DNA of 63,712 nt, counting the filler, from Octopus bimaculoides (lineage: Eukaryota), in NCBI RefSeq assembly GCF_001194135.2. It is 6 parts of 6 records of this genome, joined end to end, with 100 filler letters (N's around TTAATTAATTAA, not from the genome) between each part and the next. Parts side by side here need not be neighbours in the genome. Positions count along the whole stretch, not along the records: positions 1 to 11,686 come from NW_026423951.1; 5 more parts are not named here. One strand, 5' to 3'. Of this stretch, positions 1 through 10,335 are shown piece by piece. Position numbers and translations under genes: made by a program. Under the pieces are notes generated by a model. It worked only from the letters and a program-made list of their open reading frames with translations, searched no databases and was not told the DNA's origin. Every line of letters begins with the position of its first letter. Within the stretch, counting starts at the first letter, position 1.

Positions 1-299
1 TTGGGACTTAAGGCGGTCCTGCATTTGCCTTATACACATTTGCACCTGTGCGTATATGAAACATGGAGGAAGAGTCTCTAGTGGAAGAGGTTATGTTTCC
101 AAGAAGACATCTCCTTTGGAATCCATCTGGTGCTCAACTTTCACATGTGGCCCTAAGAAGCTGTACAGCACGTCTAGTGGTCAACTCCCGGCAAATGGCC
201 ATGACAGGTCAGTTAACCCCAGTGAGGATAACCATTGGCGGGTTAGGACATGTCTTCTTTGATGTGAAGCCAGACCCGGGCAGACTGAGATTATCAGAA

Positions 300-695
300 C
301 AACGGTGATTCCAACAGCAAAAAAGTGAGGTTTCAGTGTTGTCAATGCTAAGAGCACTTCGAAACAGTGTAGAACGCCTGATGATCCAGAGCTGCATTTA
401 ACCGTCTTCATCTGATCCGTGGAACGAAGTAGGTCCAGACAAGAGAAGGAGGAAGATGAGGCAAAAATTACATTTACTTAAATCCAATTTACACGTGAAT
501 CTTAACAGGGCATTTTCTTGCCTCCTTACTTTTTTACATCCCACTCTTCACCATGAGAAGTTATGGGTAACTGCATACAAACCACCACACACAACATATG
601 ATGGGTCCTACTGTGAGTATCGTGAGATGGAGTACTCAAGCGACTTATCCAGTTCTGCAGGAGCAACTGAGCCCAACAACAGGAGCCAACTCACC

Positions 696-700
<5 letters not shown>
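300..700 (+). pseudogene. Degraded CR1/L2-type LINE ORF2 AP-endonuclease remnant
   Basis: Frameshifted motifs appear in the expected APE order: FSVVNAKS (~NARS), SDPW (~SETW), LWVTAYKPPH (~VYRPP), SIVRWS (~IDW), LQEQLSPTTGAN (~Q.V..PTRG.N). Recognised by eye only. Confidence 0.45.
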
Positions 701-731
<31 letters not shown>

Positions 732-758
732 CACACACACACATACACACACACACAT

Positions 759-798
<40 letters not shown>
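698..798. repeat. (CA)n microsatellite
   Basis: Direct reading. Confidence 0.95.
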
Positions 799-800
<2 letters not shown>

Positions 801-1240
801 TTTATCTTTTACTTGTTTCAGTTATTAGACTGCGGCCATGCTGGGGCACAGCCTTGAAGAATTTTGGTCGAACGAATCAACCCCAGTTCTTACATTTATT
901 TTTTATTTTTGTAAGCCTGGTACATATATTATGGATCTCTTTTGTCGAAACGCTATATTATGGGGGCGTAAATACACCAACACCGGTTGTCAAGCGGTGG
1001 TGGGGGACAAACACAGACAAACATACAAACATATGTATGTATGTATGTATGTATGTATGCATGCATGTACGTATACGACGGGCTTCTTTCAGTTTCTGCC
1101 AACCAAATCCACTCACAAGGCTTTGGTCGGCCTGAGGCTATAGTAGAAGACACTTGTCCAAGGTACCACACAGTGGCACTGAACACCGGAACCATGTGAT
1201 TAAGAACCAAGCTACTTACCACACAGTCACGCCTGCGCCT
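799..1240 (-). mobile_element. tRNA-derived SINE family B, full length, with internal (TACA)n
   Basis: Reverse complement starts AGGCGCAGGCGTGACTGTGTGGTAAG and ends GCATGGCCGCAGTC...GAAACAAGTAAAAG. Many homologous copies occur in the window (e.g. 17774, 31589). Confidence 0.9.
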
Positions 1241-1929
1241 ACACATACAATTACACATTCATTTACGTGCACACGCACAATTACACACACAGACACACAT
1301 ATATATGCCACCAAAGAGAGACTGTCCGAATTTTCTTTCCCTCGAAAATGTCGTTTAAAAAAAGTTGAGAAACAACTTCCCGAAGAAAACAATTCAATAT
1401 TATATAAAATTATACGTTCTCTTAAATCGTGCAATTATTTATTTCCTGTTTTGTTAAGTGGAAGTAACTTAATCGCGTTTAGATACAAACAGCTATTCTA
1501 TATTGGGAAAAGATGTATGTATATTGACTATATAAAGAAAACGGTAATCCCTCGACAATTGCGGACGTCACGTTTCAAAACCTCCCACAGAAATATCGGC
1601 GGCGGCGTTTTATCGTTTATTTTGGTCTCTTGTTGACAACGTCTTCTTCTCTGTCTGTGTTTATGCCTCTGATGACTAATAAGGCTGATTCTTGCATGGA
1701 AGTGTCTGTTGCAAAGTTCACTGGAGATCCGTGGTGGAGGCTTTGGTTGTTGCAGCCTCCATTTTCCCACAGAAATAATTACAATCTACAAATATATAAA
1801 TGCCTATCGGCCGCAGAAACCGGCGATATACTGAGGATTCTGCGATATAATTTTACATATACCAGCGAGAAAAATCTGCGATGCACTGACTGTGAGATAG
1901 GTGGACAGCGATATGGCGAGGGATTGCTG

Positions 1930-2265
1930 AGACCCCCTTCGGTCATGACTGACCATGGGATTGCACCTAGAAAGTAACCCTCCGAGGTACAAGTCCGAGC
2001 AAGGATGTTTATGGAAGACCAGCGGTCAAGCATGCATACCGGCCTCCCCTCTCCACATCACCAGTGTTATCCAAGGGATGGGCAAAGGAGCCGATACAGC
2101 TTGGCACCGGTGATGTCGCAACTCATTTCTACAGCTGAGTGAACTGGAGCATGTGAAATAAAGTGTCTTGCTCAAGAACACAACACACAGCCCGGTCCGG
2201 GATTCGAACTCACAACCTCACGATCGTAAGCTCGACGCTCTAACCACTGAGCCATGCACCTTCAC
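1930..2265 (-). mobile_element. tRNA(Arg-like)-headed SINE family C, full length
   Basis: Minus strand has A box TGGCTCAGTGG (2244-2254), B box GTTCGAATCCC (2199-2209) and CTTACGAT at the anticodon position. The central TTGAGCAAGACACTTTATTTCAC block follows. A homologue lies at 21710-21973. Confidence 0.9.
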
Positions 2266-3015
2266 AATGCGAGGGATTACTGCATATATNNNNNNNNNNN
2301 NNNNNNNNNNNNNNNNNNNNNNNNNNNNNNNNNNNNNNNNNNNNNNNNNNNNNNNNNNNNNNNNNNNNNNNNNNNNNNNNNNNNNNNNNNNNNNNNNNNN
2401 NNNNNNNNNNNNNNNNNNNNNNNNNNNNNNNNNNNNNNNNNNNNNNNNNNNNNNNNNNNNNNNNNNNNNNNNNNNNNNNNNNNNNNNNNNNNNNNNNNNN
2501 NNNNNNNNNNNNNNNNNNNNNNNNNNNNNNNNNNNNNNNNNNNNNNNNNNNNNNNNNNNNNNNNNNNNNNNNNNNNNNNNNNNNNNNNNNNNNNNNNNNN
2601 NNNNNNNNNNNNNNNNNNNNNNNNNNNNNNNNNNNNNNNNNNNNNNNNNNNNNNNNNNNNNNNNNNNNNNNNNNNNNNNNNNNNNNNNNNNNNNNNNNNN
2701 NNNNNNNNNNNNNNNNNNNNNNNNNNNNNNNNNNNNNNNNNNNNNNNNNNNNNNNNNNNNNNNNNNNNNNNNNNNNGTGGCTTGTGTGTTTTCTTGTCTA
2801 CGTTTTGTTTGCAATGTCCTGTACCCAGATATGCACCTATACATACAGGTGGATGTCGGTATGCACATACCTGTACGTATATATGCATATACTCATTTAC
2901 TATTTGTTTTTACATGACCGAACGCAGCGTCACCAATTTTGTAAGTAGTTATCGCAACTTTATATTTTCCGACGCTACTCTATCTCTTTCTCTTTCTCTT
3001 CCTCTATCATTTTTT

Positions 3016-3120
3016 CCCCCTCTCGTTCTTCCTCTGTTTACTACTACGTATCTCTCTTTACCCCTCTCGTTCCTCCTCTGTTACTACTACGTATCTCTTT
3101 CCCCCCTCGTACTTCCTCTC
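3016..3120. repeat. ~42-bp pyrimidine-rich minisatellite, about 2.5 units
   Basis: CCCCTCTCGTTC(T/C)TCCTCTGTT(T)ACTACTACGTATCTCT is repeated. Confidence 0.75.
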
Positions 3121-4077
3121 TTCCTCTTTCCCTCTCGTTGCTCACCTATTCTTCTACTTCCTCCCTTTGTTTCTCCCTCTACCACTCTCTCTCTTCCCCT
3201 TACACTGGCATGGTTACATGCTTCCGGTCAATAATCCTTTTCTTCCTTGGCTATCGCCGAGCAAACACGCGAACTTACTTCGTCCCCACTTTCAAGTTCG
3301 TGCCTCACAGCGTTCGTACACACATAATTTTTCCCGTCTGGCCGTATAGCCTTTTCCGTTTGTTTTCCTGTCTTGTTTTTTGTCCGCCACTACATTCCTC
3401 CATGGCNNNNNNNNNNNNNNNNNNNNNNNNNNNNNNNNNNNNNNNNNNNNNNNNNNNNNNNNNNNNNNNNNNNNNNNNNNNNNNNNNNNNNNNNNNNNNN
3501 NNNNNNNNNNNNNNNNNNNNNNNNNNNNNNNNNNNNNNNNNNNNNNNNNNNNNNNNNNNNNNNNNNNNNNNNNNNNNNNNNNNNNNNNNNNNNNNNNNNN
3601 NNNNNNNNNNNNNNNNNNNNNNNNNNNNNNNNNNNNNNNNNNNNNNNNNNNNNNNNNNNNNNNNNNNNNNNNNNNNNNNNNNNNNNNNNNNNNNNNNNNN
3701 NNNNNNNNNNNNNNNNNNNNNNNNNNNNNNNNNNNNNNNNNNNNNNNNNNNNNNNNNNNNNNNNNNNNNNNNNNNNNNNNNNNNNNNNNNNNNNNNNNNN
3801 NNNNNNNNNNNNNNNNNNNNNNNNNNNNNNNNNNNNNNNNNNNNNNNNNNNNNNNNNNNNNNNNNNNNNNNNNNNNNNNNNNNNNNNNNNNNNNNNNNNN
3901 NNNNNNNNNNNNNNNNNNNNNNNNNNNNNNNNNNNNNNNNNNNNNNNNNNNNNNNNNNNNNNNNNNNNNNNNNNNNNNNNNNNNNNNNNNNNNNNNNNNN
4001 NNNNNNNNNNNNNNNNNNNNNNNNNNNNNNNCTGACGATTCTGCCAGCTCTCGACCTTGTGCAAATCTTTAAATATT

Positions 4078-4195
4078 GGTTTCAAATTTCAGCACGAGGA
4101 TAGCAATTTAGTGGGAGGAGGTAAGACGATTACATCGACTCCAGCGCTCAGTTAGCACTTATTTTATCGACCCCGAAAAGCTGAAAGATAAAGTA
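4078..4195 (-). mobile_element. SINE family A, 3' fragment
   Basis: Matches the reverse complement of the family A 3' half (GGGGTCGATAAAATAAGT...GTCGATGTAATCG...AAATTTGAAACC). Confidence 0.75.
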
Positions 4196-4509
4196 TACAG
4201 GCATATACAATGATATAAACTTCAGAAATATCATGAATGTTTGAAATATTTATTTTAAAATATTTATAAACATGCATAGTTTCCAAGTTGTATAAAAAAA
4301 TATTTGACAATTTAAGACAATACATTACGCTATATAAACGTACAGTATGATTTAACATATAGTGGGTAAATATATACGATATGATACGATATGATATGAT
4401 ATTATAAATTTATATGTATTATATTAAAAACGTGTACATTAGAAAATTATATGTATATATACCATATCAAAAAAAGACCGTACAATACATAGGTAATGCT
4501 AAAAGTTTT

Positions 4510-4592
4510 CATCTACGGACCGTTTCTGAGATGTGTTTATTAATATGGTATAGTACACATATTAGAAATTAGACACTCCCTTCATCAGGATG
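4510..4592 (-). ncRNA. Minimal type-I hammerhead ribozyme motif (PLE-LTR type), canonical core
   Basis: Minus strand: CATC-CTGATGA-A-GGGAGTGT...ACATCTCA-GAAA-C-GGTCC-GTA-GATG. Stem I is CATC/GATG, stem III is the near-palindrome ACGGTCCGT, and the cleavage triplet is GUA. Confidence 0.7.
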
Positions 4593-4742
4593 TTCATTGT
4601 ACAGAAAGAGAGGAAAAAATAATAAAAATATAAAAAGGTTACAGTGACATAATACAATATGTTAACATACATGTAAAAACAAATGGACCTAATATATTAC
4701 ATCATGGCTCTTTTTACCTCGAATGCAGAATTACTCATCTGA

Positions 4743-4791
<49 letters not shown>

Positions 4792-4940
4792 NNNNNNNNN
4801 NNNNNNNNNNNNNNNNNNNNNNNNNNNNNNNNNNNNNNNNNNNNNNNNNNNNNNNNNNNNNNNNNNNNNNNNNNNNNNNNNNNNNNNNNNNNNNNNNNNN
4901 NNNNNNNNNNNNNNNNNNNNNNNNNNNNNNNNNNNNNNNN

Positions 4941-4974
<34 letters not shown>

Positions 4975-4976
<2 letters not shown>

Positions 4977-5170
4977 TGTGTGTCTGTGTGTTTCTCGCCC
5001 CACTATCGCATGACAGCCGATGTTTGTGTTTTTTTGTTTGCGGTTCGGTAAAAGATAGCCGATAGAATAAGTACTAGGCTTACAAAGAATAAGTCCTGGT
5101 GTCGATTTCTCCGACTAAAGCTAGTACTCCAGCATGGCCGCAGTCAAATACCTTAAACGTGTAAAAAAGA
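4975..5170 (+). mobile_element. SINE family B, 3' half (5' half lost in the gap)
   Basis: GCGGTTCGGTAAAAGATAGCCGATAGAATAAGTACTAGGCTTACAAAGAATAAGTCCTGG...GCATGGCCGCAGTC. Confidence 0.85.
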
Positions 5171-5199
5171 ATAAAAGCGAATAAGTATATTTATATATA

Positions 5200-5419
5200 T
5201 TTCAAATTTTAGCACAAGGTCAGCAATTTCGAGGTAAGGAAAAGTCGATTACAGTGACTCCCACACCCGGTGCTCCACAGATACGTATTTCATCCACCCC
5301 CGAAAGGATGAAAGGCAAAGTCGAACGTGGCGGAACTTGAAATCAGAACGTGAAGACGGATGAAATGTCGCTAAGCACTTCGTCCGGTGTACTAACGTTT
5401 CTGCCAACTCATCGCCTTA
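5200..5419 (-). mobile_element. SINE family A, full length, diverged
   Basis: Reverse complement begins AAGGCGATGAGTTGGCAGAAACGTTAG and contains TTCGACTTTGCCTTTCATCCTTTCGGGG. Confidence 0.85.
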
Positions 5420-5734
5420 AAAGACTTCCCGCATGTCACGTCAGACTATCGACCGAAGTAACTCTTGAATTCCAGTTAGGCACGCTGTGCCGCTAAAGCG
5501 ATCCTTGACATATTTATGTCTAAATATTGACGTACATGCAGAGATGTATATAGTGAAACAAGTGCAGTGGTGATGGTATGAGTATGTAGCATGTGTATAC
5601 GTTTGAAGGTGCTTTTTTATGTGCATAAAGTTATTATTGTTCACAGACTAAACACACACACACACACACGCACACACACGCACACACACATGTTTATCGT
5701 ATTTACCATTCTTCTTTCAATAAATAAATATTCT

Positions 5735-5952
5735 AAGGCGGCGAGCTGGCAGAATTGTTAGCATGCCGGGCGAAATGCTTAGCGTTATTTCGTTTATCTT
5801 TACGTTCTGAGTTCAAATTCCGCCGAGGTCGACTTTGCCTTTCATCCTTTCGGGGTCGATAAATTAAGTACTAGTTATGCACTGGGGTCGATCTAATCGA
5901 CTGGCCCCCACCTCTCAAAAAATTCGGGCCTTGTCCTAGAGTATAAAAGAAT
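5735..5952 (+). mobile_element. SINE family A, full length
   Basis: AAGGCGGCGAGCTGGCAGAATTGTTAGC...GTTCAAATTCCGCCGAGGTCGACTTTGCCTTTCATCCTTTCGGGGTCGATAAATTAAGTAC. tRNA-like A/B boxes are present. Confidence 0.9.
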
Positions 5953-5962
5953 GAATAATCAT

Positions 5963-6189
5963 TCTTTTTTTCTTGTCTCAGTCATTTGACTGCGGCCAAG
6001 CTGGAGCACCGCCTTTAGTCGAACAAATCGACCCAAAGACTTATTCTTTGTAAGAGTATTGCTCTTTTTATCGGTCTCTTTTACCGAACTGCTACATTAA
6101 GGGGAGATAAACACACCAACATCAGTTATTAAGCAATGGTTGGGGGACAAACACAGACACAAGGCACACGGATACACACACACATATAT

Positions 6190-6222
<33 letters not shown>

Positions 6223-6398
6223 TATATATATGCGATGGGCTTCCTCCAGTTTCCGTCTACCTAATCTACTCGCAAGGCTTTCGTAGGCCCTAGTCTATAT
6301 TAGCAGAAAACACTTGCCTAGGCGCCACGCAGTGGAACTGATCCTGCAACCATGTGGTTGGAAAGCAAGCTTCTTACCACACAGCCATGCCTGCGCCT
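5963..6398 (-). mobile_element. SINE family B, full length
   Basis: Collinear with 799-1240, including the internal microsatellite. Confidence 0.9.
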
Positions 6399-6547
6399 AT
6401 TATTTAAATTTCGTGTCTGTTTAGTTAATATCAATCAATAAAAAAAGGTATCATCCTTGTTTTACGTGATTTTGATCACCATGGAGTCCCGCGAAACCAG
6501 TCTTTCACCGAAGACAACTACACCTTCCCCTGTATCTCACCCAATTC

Positions 6548-6830
6548 ATGTACGGCTTAAATTTTTCCCTCTATAATTCTCGATATATTGGAGTGACTGA
6601 AGGATACGTGTTTAAGCGCTTCCACAAACACGTATAGAAGAACCTCTTCATAATATCTCCGCTGTTCTGTACTATTGTAGATCAACGATTCGCTCCAAGT
6701 GATTTCTCTTCAGTGAAACTTTACACAACAGTGGTTCTACAGTGGTTCTGTCATCACTAAAGTGAACTACAACTTATTTTTACTCTACAGACTTTCACTC
6801 CTTATAAACTCAACAACAACAGTTTTACTT
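6548..6830 (+). pseudogene. Possible Penelope-like GIY-YIG endonuclease fossil
   Basis: 6548-6637 translates MYGLNFSLYNSRYIGVTEGYVFKRFHKHV*, matching the PLE pattern Y...(C..C)..YIGxT.....R..(E)H. Below the 60-aa ORF-track cutoff. Confidence 0.4.
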
Positions 6831-6850
6831 TAGTACGTACATCATCATCA

Positions 6851-6894
<44 letters not shown>

Positions 6895-6902
6895 GTACAT
6901 TC

Positions 6903-6952
<50 letters not shown>

Positions 6953-7455
6953 NNNNNNNNNNNNNNNNNNNNNNNNNNNNNNNNNNNNNNNNNNNNNNNN
7001 NNNNNNNNNNNNNNNNNNNNNNNNNNNNNNNNNNNNNNNNNNNNNNNNNNNNNNNNNNNNNNNNNNNNNNNNNNNNNNNNNNNNNNNNNNNNNNNNNNNN
7101 NNNNNNNNNNNNNNNNNNNNNNNNNNNNNNNNNNNNNNNNNNNNNNNNNNNNNNNNNNNNNNNNNNNNNNNNNNNNNNNNNNNNNNNNNNNNNNNNNNNN
7201 NNNNNNNNNNNNNNNNNNNNNNNNNNNNNNNNNNNNNNNNNNNNNNNNNNNNNNNNNNNNNNNNNNNNNNNNNNNNNNNNNNNNNNNNNNNNNNNNNNNN
7301 NNNNNNNNNNNNNNNNNNNNNNNNNNNNNNNNNNNNNNNNNNNNNNNNNNNNNNNNNNNNNNNNNNNNNNNNNNNNNNNNNNNNNNNNNNNNNNNNNNNN
7401 NNNNNNNNNNNNNNNNNNNNNNNNNNNNNNNNNNNNNNNNNNNNNNNNNNNNNNA

Positions 7456-7933
7456 ACACGCGTTTCATACCCAAATCTTCAGTGATAATGGACTGAACTG
7501 AACCGTAACTAATATGCACATCTTCTGATAACCAACAGATGGCGATTCGACGATTTCCCCTCACAGTTGCATGCACATCTGCAATGTTTTTCTCAGTTCT
7601 GCTGGTTGTGGGTCTCCCAGAGCGTTCGCCAATATCGACATTTTTCGGCCATCTTGGAAACGTCTGAACCACTCATACATTTTCTGCATTTTCGTGTAGA
7701 CCTCTGAGTAAGTATCGTCATGACAATTTTCTCTGTCCTGGTCAATGCGACGATCACACGCTACACACTTTCATTCCAAGCATTGCTGTAAACAGCGGAA
7801 GCGAGCTAGAATGTTAAAACTTAGTGCACATACACAGTAGAGTTCAAGGTCAATCTGTGCCAGGTGGCTTCACTCTGCGTGCTTTAGCTTCGTTACTATG
7901 GCAACAGTCTGGATACTTATTGATCAGACCTCG
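7456..7933 (-). mobile_element. Mariner (DD34D, irritans-like) 5' portion
   Basis: Minus-strand terminus TA|CGAGGTCTGATCAATAAGTATCCAGAC. Translation GERSGRPTTSRTEKNIADVHATVRGNRRIAI...SYGSVQSIITEDLGMKRV is the mariner bipartite HTH. It runs into the N gap. Confidence 0.85.
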
Positions 7934-8441
7934 TATATATATGTGTAGATATATATATATATATGTAGATATATATATATATAAACAAATAGTAAATGAG
8001 TATATGCATATAGTAACGCTCACATATATATATATACCTCGATTAGCTCTCTGGATACGTCCCTAAAACTACAATATAAAACAAGACATCGCATTACGGG
8101 ATAAATATAACATATCGAAGGGTTGATGGCTATTTTTGGTGACAATACAAATATAAATGAACATGATAAACGGTGTTATACAACTGGAAAATCCAGTGAC
8201 TCACCGCCACACCTTCCAAGCATTTTAGATTACCTCACATGTTATACATTCTGACCTAAAATTATAATAAAATTAGAAATAAGCTCTTCTTGCTTCATTT
8301 CTAAATCACAGGGAGAATCATTTCTGATTTTGCCTGCATTGGCCAGAGTTTTTTTGGGGTTTTTATTTCTTTCTAGCGATGACGATGAAGTTTCTGAAAA
8401 CAAGTGGAACATCTTAACTAAGTTAATCACTGCATTTGTGT

Positions 8442-8479
<38 letters not shown>

Positions 8480-9503
8480 NNNNNNNNNNTTCAGAATTTA
8501 AAGTACGGAAGCGGGTATACACCTAATGGTGTATAACCACTTTTCTATAGGAGAATAAATGTATACAAAATGCCATACAGCATAAACTTTTGATTCATTG
8601 AAATTATGTTTGCTTTCAGAGAAGATAAAACAATCGCCAGGTGTCAAAGGGAAAAAAAGCTTCAAATGAAAAGAGACAATCTAAAGAATCAAGAATTCTT
8701 TGGAATTAAGACTTAGCTTGAAGACAACAAAAGTTTTACCTCTGTAATTTCATCTTTTTAGCCAGAGGCGTTCTTTTTGCTTTTTAAAAATCGAATGTAT
8801 TGGACAGCATTCTTTTATTTTTTTTCATTAAAGTCTAGTTTCGTCTCTATCCAAGTTGATAATACCAGTTACTACATTCAATAATAGTCTCAAAAATAAA
8901 CTTGGCTCAATTTTTTGGTTACCTGTCCCCAGACATTCGGATGTTTTGTAGATTATGCTATCGTTTGAATCTCACAAAACCATTTAAATCTGATGGCTGT
9001 CAATGTTTCTCAATTTCCTCTTATTTCTTGTAAATACCTCCAGATGGTCTTTCAGTTATCATTAGCCGGTTTACTAGGATGTTGTAATGTGTTTCGTCGT
9101 CCATCCATATAACAAGCCTGCCTTCCATATTTTCCGAAAATATACTCCTTGAATAAGTCACCCTTTCTGTTAAAAGCAACGGAATCACTACGGCAGAATG
9201 TTTTGCTTTTTTATTTTTTTTAGTCTCCATTTCTTTTTAATGGAACTAATCATTGATGTGGTCGAAAGTCTTACCTCAATACACCTGATATCCTTCAGTG
9301 TCTAATCACCGTGAAACTTGCAGCTTATAACCAGTCATCTTAGATATTTGGAGTTGAAACCCGTTCCTCGCAAGTAATGGCGAAAAAATTGTGAACAGCT
9401 TCTGTCAATGTGGGATTATGCACAAGTGTAGCTAACAGTTACTTACATGTTAGTAGGTGACTATCATAGTATATAATTTTCATACTAATTTAATGCAGTC
9501 CCA

Positions 9504-9718
9504 AAGGCGGGGAGCTGGCAGAATCGTTAGCACGCCGGGCGAAATGTCTAGCGGTATTTCGTCTGTCGTTACGTTCTGAGTTCAAATTCCGCCGAGGTCG
9601 ACTTTGCCTTTCATCCTTTCGGAGTCGATAAATTAAGTACCAGTTGCGTACTGAAGTCGATCTAATCAACTGCCCCCTTCCCAAAAATTTCGGGCCTTGT
9701 GCCCAGAGTAGAAAGGAT
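9504..9718 (+). mobile_element. SINE family A, full length, low divergence
   Basis: Near-identical to 5735-5952; followed by (ATT)n. Confidence 0.9.
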
Positions 9719-9749
9719 CATTATCATCATTATTATTATTATTATTCGA

Positions 9750-10330
9750 ACTGGCAGAATCGTTAGTATGCCGGGCGAAATGCTTAGCAGTATTTCGTCN
9801 NNNNNNNNNNNNNNNNNNNNNNNNNNNNNNNNNNNNNNNNNNNNNNNNNNNNNNNNNNNNNNNNNNNNNNNNNNNNNNNNNNNNNNNNNNNNNNNNNNNN
9901 NNNNNNNNNNNNNNNNNNNNNNNNNNNNNNNNNNNNNNNNNNNNNNNNNNNNNNNNNNNNNNNNNNNNNNNNNNNNNNNNNNNNNNNNNNNNNNNNNNNN
10001 NNNNNNNNNNNNNNNNNNNNNNNNNNNNNNNNNNNNNNNNNNNNNNNNNNNNNNNNNNNNNNNNNNNNNNNNNNNNNGCGGTCGATATAATCGACTTAAT
10101 CCGTTTGTCTGTCCTTGTTTGTCCCCTCTGTGTATAGCCCCTTGTGGGCAGTAAAGAAATAGGTATTTCGTCTGTCTTTACGTTCTGAGTTCAAATTCCG
10201 CCGAGGTCGACTTTGCCTTTCATCCTTTTGGAGTCGATAAATTAAGTACCAGTTGCGTACTGGAGTCGATTTAATCGACTGGCTCCCTCCCCCAAAATTT
10301 CGAGCCTTGTGCCTAGATCAGAAAAGAATA
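9750..10330 (+). mobile_element. Dimeric SINE family A (interrupted by gap)
   Basis: Head at 9750. After the gap, the long tail TTAATCCGTTTGTCTGTCCTTGTTTGTCCCCTCTGTG...AGTAAAGAAATAG is fused to a second, 5'-truncated copy. The same layout occurs at 54421-54850. Confidence 0.8.
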
Positions 10331-10335
10331 TTTTA

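Noticed and set aside
360-430. CTGATGA at 378 with nearby GAAAC as a hammerhead
   Set aside because: Only 12 nt lie between GAAAC and the core, with no consistent stems; it lies in a LINE-like fossil.
2190-2265. tRNA genes at SINE heads (also 5735, 9504, 17774 etc.)
   Set aside because: A/B boxes are present but the acceptor stem is not closed, and each runs into a multi-copy SINE body.
9355-9390. TCCTCGC as an HDV-like ribozyme L3 (also checked 37216 rc, 41000, 54123 rc)
   Set aside because: The flanking P3 and P1 helices cannot be formed.
8580-9470. Possible DNA-transposon fossil or host exons in unique sequence
   Set aside because: Minus-strand translation gave short open stretches (e.g. 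GDLFKEYIFGKYGRQ) but no motif I could assign; BLASTX is needed.
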